Assembly: GCA_965213705.1 (NCBI GenBank)
Contig: OZ243913.1
Span: forward strand, 3,456,001-3,520,000
DNA: 64,000 nucleotides
Origin: Trueperaceae bacterium
Lineage (GTDB): Bacteria; Deinococcota; Deinococci; Deinococcales; Trueperaceae
Reading direction: 5' to 3'
In this document: positions 19,574-29,719 of the stretch, piece after piece
Numbering within the stretch: position 1 is the stretch's first letter
Layout: each line of letters opens with the position of its first letter
Made by a program: the position numbers and the translations under genes
The notes under the pieces: generated by a model
Database searches by the model: none
What the model saw: only the letters and a program-made list of their open reading frames with translations
Told to the model about the DNA's origin: nothing

Positions 19574-21205
19574 TTAGGACTGCCAACCTCCGTCTCCCTC
19601 TACCATCTTTGGTTTCACTCTCATAGGCACAAGCTTTTGCTCCACACGCAAAGTCCATTCCTTGGGCGTCCCCACGTGTAGTAGACGGTGGACATGAACA
19701 ATCCAGGGATATAAAACATGTACTAGCTCGAGCCTAGTCTTACTCCAGTTAACCTGCGGCGTAATAGTTTCCGCAAACATCTCGCCTAACCGCTCTATAT
19801 CGTCATCCTGGTCTTTGCGCCCGCTAGCAGTAACGAGCAGCGTCGCCGCTTTGCGCGCGCTTAAAGCCTCTAATTCTATGAGGTAGGCGGGCAGGCAAGA
19901 TGGCTCCTGAATCACAGCAATCACCACGCCGACGTCGCGGTCCGGCCCAAGCATAAGTGTGATCTGGAAAATCTCTAGCGGCTTCACCAAACGTGTACTG
20001 AGTTCGTTTAGGTAAACAGCGAAATCATTGTAATAGCTTACCAACACGGGGTCATTTAACTTTAACTGCTCATCACTGCTGTCATTGGACTTCGACACTG
20101 CGCCAGGTGTCTCAAATTCTCCGGGACGCAAACTTCCTTCACGCCTTCCGCGCGTTAAACCTACCTTTTCGGTTTCATCTTTTGGGTTAACAACTATTTT
20201 AGGAACTTCTATAGCCTCTTCGTCCGATAGTTTGGGTTGCAGTCGGGTGGGCTTGGGGTCACTGAGAGGCGGCGCGGGATGTGGCAGCTTACGCGAAATC
20301 TTCTTTTTTGTAACCCCTGCCCCCGTTGTGTCGATCGTCACTGTCCCCTTCGGCCGCAAGTGAACAACCTTCTTACTATCCTGCGAGGCAATCGTGCGCT
20401 GTTTCAGCTGTCCTATAACCCCGTAGCTTATAAGCTGGACGGGTAAAGCTTCTACCAGGGTGATGGCAGTAATCTCGAGCACGAGCAGCGTCTGTTCATA
20501 CTTAATGCCTCTCAGTCGCCACGTGGACTGCAGCGGAGGCACTGCCTCGGCTGACCAAGCCTGCTTCTGTTGTGTCAAGGCGCGCGACGTATGCTCCCAG
20601 GCAGCTGCAAACCGGGGCAAACATAGTATGCGGGCGACTTGTCTAACAAACGTTTTGGTTAAGTAATTGCGCGGAACATCTTTGTGAAACCACAGCTCGA
20701 GTTCATGGCCGTCCACCTTGTAGCTGTGGACGATTTCCCTCACCGCGTTAGGCCTGAGCAAGACCTCGGCCAGCGCACGGTTGTGAGCGAAGCAGGCACG
20801 CACTAGCTCGGAGACGGGAACGACCATGCGTTCGCCTTCTGAAAGTTTAAATCCAAAACAATGTTCCAGATAGTTTGCGCGGTCAAAAAGTCGGTAGTGC
20901 TTAGCGCTGATAAGCTCTCGTGCTGAGCGCACCAATGTGTCTTCGACCAGTTTACTAACTTCGAAATCGTGACCAACAAAATCATTCTTGGGCTGACCGT
21001 CCTGGTACGCCTGCCCGAGCCGCAACATCGGTACAGAACCCCACGGTAACCGCACTTCTTGTGGAGAACCGTCGACTGCTTTAAAAGACGCCGTAAGGTG
21101 CCACTGCTTGGTGACTGCATCTTGTGTAGGACTTTGCAACCAGTACAAATACACCCGCTCTGCCTTAAGAAATGGAAAGGGGGCAAAGCGGACTTGCCTA
21201 GACAT
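19574..21205 (-). CDS. tnsE: TnsE-like target selector (about 543 aa)
   Basis: Fifth gene of the tns operon, ATG overlapping the tnsD stop, TnsE-like size. N-terminus (RFAPFPFLKAERVYLYWLQSP...W....F...LPWG...L....Y.DG) resembles Firmicutes-type TnsE as recalled, not searched. Confidence 0.6.
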   Translation of the reverse strand: MSRQVRFAPFPFLKAERVYLYWLQSPTQDAVTKQWHLTASFKAVDGSPQEVRLPWGSVPMLRLGQAYQDGQPKNDFVGHDFEVSKLVEDTLVRSARELISAKHYRLFDRANYLEHCFGFKLSEGERMVVPVSELVRACFAHNRALAEVLLRPNAVREIVHSYKVDGHELELWFHKDVPRNYLTKTFVRQVARILCLPRFAAAWEHTSRALTQQKQAWSAEAVPPLQSTWRLRGIKYEQTLLVLEITAITLVEALPVQLISYGVIGQLKQRTIASQDSKKVVHLRPKGTVTIDTTGAGVTKKKISRKLPHPAPPLSDPKPTRLQPKLSDEEAIEVPKIVVNPKDETEKVGLTRGRREGSLRPGEFETPGAVSKSNDSSDEQLKLNDPVLVSYYNDFAVYLNELSTRLVKPLEIFQITLMLGPDRDVGVVIAVIQEPSCLPAYLIELEALSARKAATLLVTASGRKDQDDDIERLGEMFAETITPQVNWSKTRLELVHVLYPWIVHVHRLLHVGTPKEWTLRVEQKLVPMRVKPKMVEGDGGWQS

Positions 21206-23078
21206 TGCTACGTTCCAGCGTCGGGACAACCAACTTAGCTAGGGCTTCGTTCAGGGCTTGCTGCACGTTGGGCAGTGCAACAAGATCGGGTCGAAGCCCT
21301 GCCATGCGCTCTAGCTGCCAACGCTTTGGACACTGTTTCTTTTGCCAGCCCCTGGCAGCCCAGCTGATGCGCCGTAGTGCAAAATCCTCTCTGGTTTCGA
21401 CGTTCACTCCTATAGCTTCAAGCGTTTTGGGTAATTTGCGCGCATGTTTTTGGATAAGTGCAACTTGGCCCAACTCACGTGCCAGCGATGTGACTGTCAA
21501 CCTAATCTGCTTGCCCTTGCCGCTACGCAAACGTTCAACAGCAGCATTCACCTGGAGTGATAAGTGCTCGTCCCGTTCCTGCCAATCAATGCGGTGATAG
21601 CGGCTGGCTTTGGTGTGAGCCGGATGCTTTTTTGCAAAGTCTCTGAGCCAGGTACGGTCGTGTCGGTAAAGCCGTGTATAGAGGTGTGGGGAGAGTGCCC
21701 TCAACTCAGTAGTGCCTGCACTAGGGTGAACCTGGTGTAGCGCTATCCACGCAGCTTGCATCTCTTCTCTTGTGGAATTTGAGGTTTCGACACTTCCGTC
21801 CACCTCCACCTTCATGCCCGCTTCATACCGCGTTACGGTGCGGGTTGTAACACCCAAACAGCGCGCCTTCTCCCGCAGTCCCATGCCAGCACATTTGTAC
21901 CTTGACAGTGTATCTTTCCACACAGGGCCGAAGTCAATCATTCGGTCAATCCGGTGACGGTCTTTTGCATCTCGGTCAGGTCCCGTGCGTTGGTAGGTGA
22001 ATCCGCATAGCAGACATTCAAAGGTGCCAACAGGTCGTCCTTTGTCTTTCGTGTGATGCACGACGATACTCTTAACTGTATCCTTCTGAAAATGATCACT
22101 GGTGCAGTTTAGACAGGGCCAGGGTTCGGCTCCGAAAAGTTCTTGTGGCGTATAGCTGAAAAAGTTCTGCGGGCTGTATTCCAGAAACCTCATAAGCAGA
22201 AGGTGACGCAGTGGATGGTGCGAAGACTTTGGATGGCGAACGATGCGGTGGAGCCAGGTGTGTTGTGTGGCCTCCGGCAAGGGGCACTCGAGCAACCCGA
22301 GAAGCTCGTCGCCGTAGAAGTTCCTGAAAGCTTCTATAAGCTTGCTCACCCGCACTCTACCTGCATAGGTCGCGTACCCCTTTTCCGCCAGCGCCCAACG
22401 GTACTTTTTTCGGAACTCTGTTAGGTCTACAGTCTTTATCGTCTGTCTGAGCAACCATGAGGCGTCTTTGGCGAGCCCCACGAGGAGGTTATGACTGCGT
22501 GGGTCAAACCGACTCGGGGAAAAGGCTTTCCTTTCGACAACCTCTCGCGCCGCCCAGAAAACGTGCCGGTTGCGCCGGTTGGAAGTTATTACCCGACTGT
22601 CTTGCAACACGACTTCATGAGTTGGACAAATGTTTATGCCAGGCAGTTGGTGCGCACGTCGCCAATAAGGTTCACCCAGCTTAAGAATGTCCTCTTCGGT
22701 GCAGTGAGGGCAGTGGCGAAGCCGCGCAGGTGTTTTGACAGAACTCGCCATGACGCCGCTGCTGAAATGAACGTAGTCGCTGCCCAACATTGCGGCCGCG
22801 AGTTTCTCTGCGTGCTCAGCTGCCATAAAAGGTCTATAAAAAGGCAGGAGAGTGTGGTTGTTGATAATGTCTCGGGCGCTGGCAAAAAGTCCGCTAGGCA
22901 CCGTGTCATGCACGTGCGCTAAATGGTTGGGTAGGTCCACGACTGCCAGAGCGTTACGACTCCCCAAAACGTTTAGCGTAAAGGTTTTAGCGTCTGGATA
23001 CCCTATCCGAAGGCTATAGCGTGCGCACAGGCTGTAGAAAAGCTCGTCAGGGTAGGGTATGGGGAAATTGTGCAACAC
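21198..23078 (-). CDS. tnsD: TnsD (TniQ-domain) sequence-specific target selector, 626 aa
   Basis: FPIPYPDELFYS, CPHC...YWRRAHQLPG...CPTH zinc finger, HPLRHLL, and a long C-terminal region. Confidence 0.9.
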   Translation of the reverse strand: MLHNFPIPYPDELFYSLCARYSLRIGYPDAKTFTLNVLGSRNALAVVDLPNHLAHVHDTVPSGLFASARDIINNHTLLPFYRPFMAAEHAEKLAAAMLGSDYVHFSSGVMASSVKTPARLRHCPHCTEEDILKLGEPYWRRAHQLPGINICPTHEVVLQDSRVITSNRRNRHVFWAAREVVERKAFSPSRFDPRSHNLLVGLAKDASWLLRQTIKTVDLTEFRKKYRWALAEKGYATYAGRVRVSKLIEAFRNFYGDELLGLLECPLPEATQHTWLHRIVRHPKSSHHPLRHLLLMRFLEYSPQNFFSYTPQELFGAEPWPCLNCTSDHFQKDTVKSIVVHHTKDKGRPVGTFECLLCGFTYQRTGPDRDAKDRHRIDRMIDFGPVWKDTLSRYKCAGMGLREKARCLGVTTRTVTRYEAGMKVEVDGSVETSNSTREEMQAAWIALHQVHPSAGTTELRALSPHLYTRLYRHDRTWLRDFAKKHPAHTKASRYHRIDWQERDEHLSLQVNAAVERLRSGKGKQIRLTVTSLARELGQVALIQKHARKLPKTLEAIGVNVETREDFALRRISWAARGWQKKQCPKRWQLERMAGLRPDLVALPNVQQALNEALAKLVVPTLERSNV

Positions 23079-24586
23079 TAGGCGTCCTGGAACTCGCCTT
23101 TAGATGCAATGTAGCCTCCGGCTACGAGCGCATCATAGGTGGATATGTTTTCCTCACCGGCCTGCTCGGCGGCAAGAAGTAGGCCTGTCGTCCGACGAGC
23201 TTTCTTTTTTTGGCTTTTGCCGGTGACTCTTCCCGGCTGTTTTGGGTTGCCAGCTTCTGGTGGACTTGGTAGAGTACCTGCTTGACTCGCCCTTGGCTCG
23301 CTAAACTCTCGTTTTGGCTTTCGGTTGTTCATTTCTCGCATAAGCTCATTTAGCTCTTCTTGTGCGCCCGGTTTGTCGCTTCTAAAGGCGGCGAGCGCAG
23401 CTTGAGCAGGTGCAAAAATGGTGCTTGCCACTTCTATGATGAGGTCTAACGTAATTTTTTCGGTTTCGTTTTCTATCGCCTGCTGCTGCACGCCAATAAA
23501 AAGCTTGACAACCAAATCGGGGATGCCCACTGTTTCGTGATGAAAGCGACTGCTAATTTCTGGTGTCAGCTCAACCTTTTGAGCCGTATATTGGTAGTCC
23601 CAAAACGACTCCAGGAACTTGTCCCAAATTAAGTGGTCGCTTTCGGTCCTCGAGAAGGGTTTCCAGTGGAAGGGACGTGATGTGATATTTCGTCTGACCT
23701 GCCAAAACTCCTGCTCGAGAACTTCCTGCGCTCGCTCTGTCCCTACCATCAGCACGCCGCAGCCGCTGGTGTTGATAAGTTCGGTGAAAAAAGCTAACAT
23801 CTGCTTCGCGCCGCTCGACTTTACCAAGCTCAAATTTTGAATCTCGTCGATTACGATTAGTCCGATGTTGAATAGGCCAGCAATCCTGCCGACATCGGGT
23901 ATCATTTGGGGACCGGTACGCCCGCCAAAATCTTCGGCAAAGGTGGTGTTGCCAATAACGCGGTCAACCTCTAAAAAGAATTTGTCACACAAACCGCGTA
24001 TAGAACTGTTATGAGGACAGTCGAGCTTGAGCCACACAATCTGTGTAAATGGAAAGGTCTGTCCGCGGTACTGACTGTGGAAGATTGCTTGTGGGTAAAG
24101 AGCGAGTATTCGAGACAAGGCAATCGTTTTACCCAGCCCGCTCATGCCGCAAAGAAAAAAACTTCCTTTAAAGCCGCCCGGATGGTAGCGCATCTGGCCT
24201 GCCTTAGTGGCAACGAGCCTTTCTTTGAGCCTATCAACTTTTTCAGAAAGGTGATTCCAGTAGGTTTTGTCAGCAAAGTTGTTGCGGTCTATGTAGCTCA
24301 GGCGTAGCAACGTCGAGATTTCTGACTCGAGTGTGTAGTGGCGATGCAGCGGCACGAACATGCGCTCTAAGCCACGAACAAGCTGCACCCGCACTTCACT
24401 TGGATAATCTAAGGCTTCTTTTTTGAAGTTGGGGAAGTAAGCGATACGCTCCAAAACCTCTTTTTTTGACATAATAGCTGGTAGCGCTTCGATCAAGGGG
24501 TTACCCTCGTGCTCTTCGATAAGCACGTCTCGGTACGCCCCATCTTTGACTGTTCCATCAACAAATTTTGCCTTAAAATCACTCAT
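23078..24586 (-). CDS. tnsC: TnsC AAA+ regulator
   Basis: GNPLIEALP, Walker A GMSGLGKT, LKLDCP, Walker B IVIDEIQ, and LWDYQY-like motif; overlaps tnsB and tnsD. Confidence 0.92.
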   Translation of the reverse strand: MSDFKAKFVDGTVKDGAYRDVLIEEHEGNPLIEALPAIMSKKEVLERIAYFPNFKKEALDYPSEVRVQLVRGLERMFVPLHRHYTLESEISTLLRLSYIDRNNFADKTYWNHLSEKVDRLKERLVATKAGQMRYHPGGFKGSFFLCGMSGLGKTIALSRILALYPQAIFHSQYRGQTFPFTQIVWLKLDCPHNSSIRGLCDKFFLEVDRVIGNTTFAEDFGGRTGPQMIPDVGRIAGLFNIGLIVIDEIQNLSLVKSSGAKQMLAFFTELINTSGCGVLMVGTERAQEVLEQEFWQVRRNITSRPFHWKPFSRTESDHLIWDKFLESFWDYQYTAQKVELTPEISSRFHHETVGIPDLVVKLFIGVQQQAIENETEKITLDLIIEVASTIFAPAQAALAAFRSDKPGAQEELNELMREMNNRKPKREFSEPRASQAGTLPSPPEAGNPKQPGRVTGKSQKKKARRTTGLLLAAEQAGEENISTYDALVAGGYIASKGEFQDA

Positions 24587-26765
24587 CGCCGTCACCTAAA
24601 GCCCGCCGCCGTAATTGGTCGATTATATCGAGGTCTTTTTCCTCCAGGGTTTTGTGAATTTGCTCTGAGCTGGCGGGGGCACTCAGGATGTCGTCTAAGT
24701 CGGCGGAGGTTTCCGGCTCAGGCAGGCCTACTGCGGATGACGTTTCTGGCAGCTCCTCAGGCTGCCATGATTCTTCGGTGCGCAGCTGCTGGCGCATCTC
24801 CTCCCGCCCCTCCTTAAGTGGAATTTTTTCGGAACGAGCCTGGTCCCCCTCCGTTAGGCGCTCGGCTTCACTGACAATCGCCGCGATGTTGCGGCGCAGC
24901 TCACTTCTTGCAGCACGCTCTTCCGGCAGCGACTCCTCCTTGTCGAGCTTCTTATTTTCAGTATAGTCCTCCACTTCATACCAGTCACGCCCTTTGAAAC
25001 CCTCATAGTTGTGCCTGAGCGTGGCAACCTCAAATACCCCGTCTTGTATTATGTAAATCCAGTTCGTTGTGCGCTTGTCGTAAGCGATTTTTGCGCGAAA
25101 AGTCCCGTCTATGCGGGCACGCGACGTCCACCTTTCGCGGCGCTCACGAAGACTGGTGTAAGCGAGCGTTTGAAACATAACTCCGTCGCGGGTCACCGAC
25201 GCCTCAGCCTGAGGCAGAAGGCGTGCACGCACCATATCTCGCGGCTGATGATGCAGTTTACCACTGCGGTGCTGGATACCCCAGCGCCAAAGCTGCATGG
25301 GGATAGGCTTCACTTGCTGTTCAAGCATCTCGCCACTGAGTGGATACTTCTCGAGCTCGTGGCTTGAGTTGTAATAGCTGAACATATGCGCGAGAATCAT
25401 CCGGAACTCATGGATGTCTAGCTTTGCATCGTCGGGATTACCCTTTTTATTGCGGTCCTTGGGTAGTTTTCTGACAGCGCCGGGGAGCCAAACGATAACT
25501 TCATCATCGATCAACTTGAAACGCCTCTCGACGATGGGCTTCCATTCGGGGCGATAGGGTGCTGTATTGGCTACGGAGACGTCAAGCTCTTGAATCAACC
25601 CCACAGCTTGATTAGACAAAAGTTCTCCGCGGTCAGCCAGTAAAGCCTGTGGCAGTAAGGAACCTACATAGCTGCTCCTTAGTTCCAGAAGGTTGTACTG
25701 TGCTAGAAAGTCTTCCTTATCATTGAAGGCGTGTTCTAACGCCAACATTGCACCCACCCAACTAGGGCCTTCTAAGCCCACGTAGAAACCTATTACCAAC
25801 CGGGAAAAAGTATCAATAACAACATAAATCACCGGTCGCCCTATGATGACGGACCTATTCAGTGAACTAACCAGGTAAACGTCGCCTATAGTGGCGTCAA
25901 TTTGAAAAAGGGAACCGGGGCCAAAGGCGATGTCTGTCGATATACCCGACAGCTCGCGGTATTTCAAATTGAACAGAGTTTTTCCAATGCGTCCGGCTTT
26001 TCTCTCTATGGGTGAGCGCTCCTTGCGATACCAATAGTAGGCCTGACCTAAAGTGGGCTGTTGCCCAACGATAGGAAAAGACGCGTCCAGCATTAGTTCA
26101 AACGCCGTTTTAAACGAAAAATTTTGTTTCTCGTAATACTTTATGAGACCATCCAATATTTTCTTTTTACGCTCGTCATCAATGTTTACGCCAATTTGTG
26201 CACCGACGATTTTACTTTTGCTAGTAGGCCGCCCTCGTTTTTTGGCAGATGAATTTCGTGACTTTCCTTTTCCACCAGAAAAAAAATAAAAAGGAAGCAG
26301 CGCGTCCTTATGACCGAAGCGCCAGTACAGACGTAGATAGTTCAGGATTGTATCTCTATGTGTATCCTCAGCAGAGGCGACGCTTCTAATGAGTTTTCCC
26401 CGGTAGCTACTCTGAAAAATATGACCAGAGGGATCTTCAACAAGAGGCTGAATTATTGCCCAGGCGCGGTCGCGGCGCTCTTTGAAACTAAGGTTTCCCT
26501 CCTTCACTTCTTCCTCCACAGCTGCCTCTCTAGCTAAAAGCAGTTGATGGGAAAGCGGGTCTTCCTTGAGAAGTTGGGCTCGGTTCTCGTTCACTGCCAC
26601 CTCCAGCTCGAGCATTTCCATCCAGGAGGGTAGCGCTTTTTTTTCATTTATATTTAGAACATAGACTCCGAATCTATTTTTGTCTATCCAGAGTATTCTT
26701 AGAATTTCATCATCTTCTGCAGATATAGTATGGCGCAAAATAAGCTGGTTACGCAGCAGGTTCAT
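24579..26765 (-). CDS. tnsB: TnsB DDE transposase
   Basis: YWRFG, GPGSLFQIDAT, IGRPVIYVVID, LADRGE and KPIVERRF motifs. Confidence 0.93.
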   Translation of the reverse strand: MNLLRNQLILRHTISAEDDEILRILWIDKNRFGVYVLNINEKKALPSWMEMLELEVAVNENRAQLLKEDPLSHQLLLAREAAVEEEVKEGNLSFKERRDRAWAIIQPLVEDPSGHIFQSSYRGKLIRSVASAEDTHRDTILNYLRLYWRFGHKDALLPFYFFSGGKGKSRNSSAKKRGRPTSKSKIVGAQIGVNIDDERKKKILDGLIKYYEKQNFSFKTAFELMLDASFPIVGQQPTLGQAYYWYRKERSPIERKAGRIGKTLFNLKYRELSGISTDIAFGPGSLFQIDATIGDVYLVSSLNRSVIIGRPVIYVVIDTFSRLVIGFYVGLEGPSWVGAMLALEHAFNDKEDFLAQYNLLELRSSYVGSLLPQALLADRGELLSNQAVGLIQELDVSVANTAPYRPEWKPIVERRFKLIDDEVIVWLPGAVRKLPKDRNKKGNPDDAKLDIHEFRMILAHMFSYYNSSHELEKYPLSGEMLEQQVKPIPMQLWRWGIQHRSGKLHHQPRDMVRARLLPQAEASVTRDGVMFQTLAYTSLRERRERWTSRARIDGTFRAKIAYDKRTTNWIYIIQDGVFEVATLRHNYEGFKGRDWYEVEDYTENKKLDKEESLPEERAARSELRRNIAAIVSEAERLTEGDQARSEKIPLKEGREEMRQQLRTEESWQPEELPETSSAVGLPEPETSADLDDILSAPASSEQIHKTLEEKDLDIIDQLRRRALGDGDE

Positions 26766-27594
26766 TAGCAACCTCCGTTAAATTAGTACCTATAAGAGGC
26801 ACCGGTCGGGTTGGCTCAAAGGGTAGTGACATGTCAATAACCCACTGCCGCGTCGCAATCAAGTGTTTAGCCACCGACAAACACTGACCTGCGTGTAAGC
26901 CTAGTGCTTCGTCAAGGCGTACTGCTACCTGCGCCAAAGACGAGTGAGGCCTTTGCACTTCTGCCGACAACATTTCTGTGATGGTGAGTAACGTATTTGC
27001 CGATACACCGAGCCCGCGGCTGTCCCGGTGGGTGTGTACCTGCTGTACGTTCGCTGCAAGAGTCTTGTCGACTTCGTTTTCTGTAACGAGCTTAAATTCT
27101 TTTCCTTGCAATAGCCAGGCTTGACGCTCCAGTTCTAGCTTCTCAAGAGTTCGCAAGTCATCAAGATCTTTTTCGTATTTGACCGAGCGCGGAAAATCAT
27201 CCGTCCTATCGACAAAAACAGCTGTAACCAAAAAGTCAGTCGTGGGGACAGTAGGCAAGTTCCTTTCTTTGTAAATGTTGTAAGCCTCGGGATGCTTTAT
27301 GCCTAACTGTTCTGCAACATTTAAAGTAATGATTGTGGTGCCGTCAAGCAGCGGAAATTGCTCCCTAATATCTGTTATGGCTAACGACCACTCGAGAGTA
27401 TAGAAGTAGGCAAGCTCGAGTCGGCTCAAAAAATGATGGACACGACCAGTTTTCCAGCCTTTTATCCGTGTAGTAAGACCTTGCGAAGGTATATCTTTAG
27501 CTTGAATGTATGGAATATAAGACGAGCCAACGCCTTGGCCTCGTCCTTCCTTCACCCTCAATAAGACGTTCTGTAAATCAACTCCCCTTGCCAT
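26749..27594 (-). CDS. tnsA: TnsA endonuclease
   Basis: KEGRGQG...YIPYI, GRVHHFLSRLE, DIREQFPL, TTDFLV, EKLELER..W. Confidence 0.93.
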   Translation of the reverse strand: MARGVDLQNVLLRVKEGRGQGVGSSYIPYIQAKDIPSQGLTTRIKGWKTGRVHHFLSRLELAYFYTLEWSLAITDIREQFPLLDGTTIITLNVAEQLGIKHPEAYNIYKERNLPTVPTTDFLVTAVFVDRTDDFPRSVKYEKDLDDLRTLEKLELERQAWLLQGKEFKLVTENEVDKTLAANVQQVHTHRDSRGLGVSANTLLTITEMLSAEVQRPHSSLAQVAVRLDEALGLHAGQCLSVAKHLIATRQWVIDMSLPFEPTRPVPLIGTNLTEVANEPAA

Positions 27595-27663
27595 ACTTAC
27601 GACATTCTGACAAGGGGAATGTTTTGGGGAGCATCATAAAGAGGAGTTTACAACCTCCTTCTT

Positions 27664-27751
27664 TAGTTGGCAACTTTATTTTACAGCCAACAACTTTATT
27701 TTGTAGTTGGCAACTTTATTTTATAGCCAACAACTTTATTTTTATTTCACA
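27664..27751 (-). repeat. Tn7 right end: terminal TGT plus four TnsB-binding repeats
   Basis: CAACTTTATTTT at 27671, 27691, 27711 and 27731 (20-bp period). The minus strand starts TGTGAAATAAAAATAAAGTTG at 27751, in register with the Tn7 end TGTGGGCGGACAATAAAGT. Confidence 0.85.
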
Positions 27752-27778
27752 ACAAGTTTTACTTCACCTTGTCACTCG

Positions 27779-29602
27779 CTACTCGACCGTTACGCTTTTC
27801 GCTAGGTTCCGCGGCTGGTCGACGTCCAGCTGCAAACGGTTTGCGGTTTCGTACGCGAGAAGTTGCAGCGCGACTACGTTGACCAAGGGCGACACCAGTT
27901 CGTGCGTTTTGGGTGCCGTGATGACGTAGTCGGCGTGCTGCTTGATGGTCTCGTCGTCTGGGTTGGCTAGGGCGATGACGACGCCGTCGCGGGCTTTCAC
28001 CTCTTGAATGTTCGACACGGTCTTTTCGTAGAGCGCGGACGCGGTCGCGATGGTGACGACCGGCATGTCCGAGTCGATAAGGGCGATGGGGCCGTGCTTC
28101 ATTTCGCCGGTCGCGTAAGCTTCGGCGTGGATGTAGCTGATTTCTTTAAGTTTGAGCGCGCCCTCCAACGCAGTTGGAAAGTTGATGCCGCGGCCCAAGA
28201 AGAGGTAGTCGGCGCAGCCCTTGAAGTTTTCCGCGATTTCGGCGATGTGGTCACGTTGGTGGAGCGCTTCTTCGACCAGTCCCGGTGTGGCGCGCAGCGC
28301 GGCTATGATTTCGGCAGCGTGTTCGTCGGCGAGGGTGCCGCGCGCCCGGCCCAACCACACGGCGAGTAGTTCAAAAGCCGCGACCATCGCCATGTACGCC
28401 TTGGTGCTGGCGACGCCGATTTCCGGTCCGGCGTGAATGTAGAGCACGTCGTCGACCTCGCGGCTGATGGACGAGCCTTTGACGTTGAGAACCGCCAGGG
28501 TTTTCGCGCCCTGGCGCTTGGCCTCGCGCAGCGCTTCTAAGGTGTCGATGGTTTCGCCCGACTGCGACACGACGACGCAGAGCGTGCGCTCATTCAGGAC
28601 TGGGTTGCGGTAGCGGAACTCGCTCGCCACTTCGATTTCGACCGGCAAGCGGGCCAAGTTTTCGATCAAGTATTCGCCGACCGCCCCCGAGTAGTAGGCC
28701 GTGCCCGCCGCCGTGATGACAACGCGGTCGATGCTTAGGGGGTCGAGGCCCAAGTCAAGCTGTACGTCCGTACCGTTGCCCGCAAAGCGGCCCCCGAAGG
28801 TGTTCTGCAAAACGGTCGGCTGCTCGTAAATTTCTTTCAACATGTAGTGCGGGTAGCCGCCTTTTTCGGCCGCCTCGGCGTCCCAGTCGATGGTGCTCGT
28901 CTCGCGCGTGATGACGTTGCCGCCGAAGTCGCTCAAGCTCACGCCGTCTTTGGTGATGAGCGCCATGTCGCCGTCGTGGAGGAAAATCACCTCGCGCGTG
29001 TAAGGCAGCAGCGCGGGCACGTCGCTGGCGACGAAGTTTTCGCCAGAACCCAGCCCTATGACCATCGGGCTGGTGGCGCGCGCGGCAACGATGACGTCGT
29101 GGTCGGCGTGGGACACCACAAGCGCGTAAGCGCCGTGGACGTCTTTTAAGGCGTTGCGAACGGCCTCGACCAAGTCCCCTGCGTAGTAGTCCTCGATAAG
29201 GTGGACGATAACTTCGGTGTCGGTTTCCGAGACGAACGCGTGCCCGGCCGCTTGCAACCGCTCTTTGAGGTGCAGGTAGTTTTCGATGATGCCGTTGTGA
29301 ATCACGGCGAGCTTGTTGTCTTCGGACAAGTGCGGGTGCGCGTTGACGTCGTTCGGTTTGCCGTGTGTGGCCCACCTTGTGTGGCCCAAACCGAGCGTGC
29401 CGGTTAAAGGTTGCGTGACGAGCGCTTCTTTCAGCACGCTCAGCTTACCCGCGCGTTTCAAGACGCTCAAAGGTTGCGAGCTGTCCCGCGGCGAGATGAC
29501 CACACCCGCCGAGTCATAGCCGCGGTATTCCAACCGCGTCAACCCGTCGACAATCACGTCCGCCGCTTGCCTGTGACCTACATAACCTACGATTCCGCAC
29601 AT
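27779..29602 (-). CDS. glmS: Glutamine--fructose-6-phosphate aminotransferase
   Basis: MCGIVG start, GHTRWATHG, SQSGET, and C-terminal PRNLAKSVTVE (the attTn7 sequence). Confidence 0.98.
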   Translation of the reverse strand: MCGIVGYVGHRQAADVIVDGLTRLEYRGYDSAGVVISPRDSSQPLSVLKRAGKLSVLKEALVTQPLTGTLGLGHTRWATHGKPNDVNAHPHLSEDNKLAVIHNGIIENYLHLKERLQAAGHAFVSETDTEVIVHLIEDYYAGDLVEAVRNALKDVHGAYALVVSHADHDVIVAARATSPMVIGLGSGENFVASDVPALLPYTREVIFLHDGDMALITKDGVSLSDFGGNVITRETSTIDWDAEAAEKGGYPHYMLKEIYEQPTVLQNTFGGRFAGNGTDVQLDLGLDPLSIDRVVITAAGTAYYSGAVGEYLIENLARLPVEIEVASEFRYRNPVLNERTLCVVVSQSGETIDTLEALREAKRQGAKTLAVLNVKGSSISREVDDVLYIHAGPEIGVASTKAYMAMVAAFELLAVWLGRARGTLADEHAAEIIAALRATPGLVEEALHQRDHIAEIAENFKGCADYLFLGRGINFPTALEGALKLKEISYIHAEAYATGEMKHGPIALIDSDMPVVTIATASALYEKTVSNIQEVKARDGVVIALANPDDETIKQHADYVITAPKTHELVSPLVNVVALQLLAYETANRLQLDVDQPRNLAKSVTVE

Positions 29603-29719
29603 AACGACTCCTTCTCTGAACGTACCTACACACGATTCGGTGGCGCAGGCGAGACAGTCGGCCCAAAGTGCGGCCGTGACTCGCTCCTTCGCTCCCTGCG
29701 TGTGGACGTTCCCGGTTTT

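Larger units (their letters stand above)
1..27751 (-). mobile_element. Tn7-family transposon at attTn7 (glmS 3-prime end); left end not seen in the window
   Basis: tnsABCD(E) operon, with the right end 27 bp past the glmS stop in canonical orientation. Defence and IS cargo continue to the window edge. Confidence 0.8.

Noticed and set aside
27664..27751. Short regular repeats next to Tn7 genes as a CRISPR array (CAST)
   Set aside because: The period is 20 bp with no unique spacers and no cas genes are in the window; they fit TnsB-binding sites.
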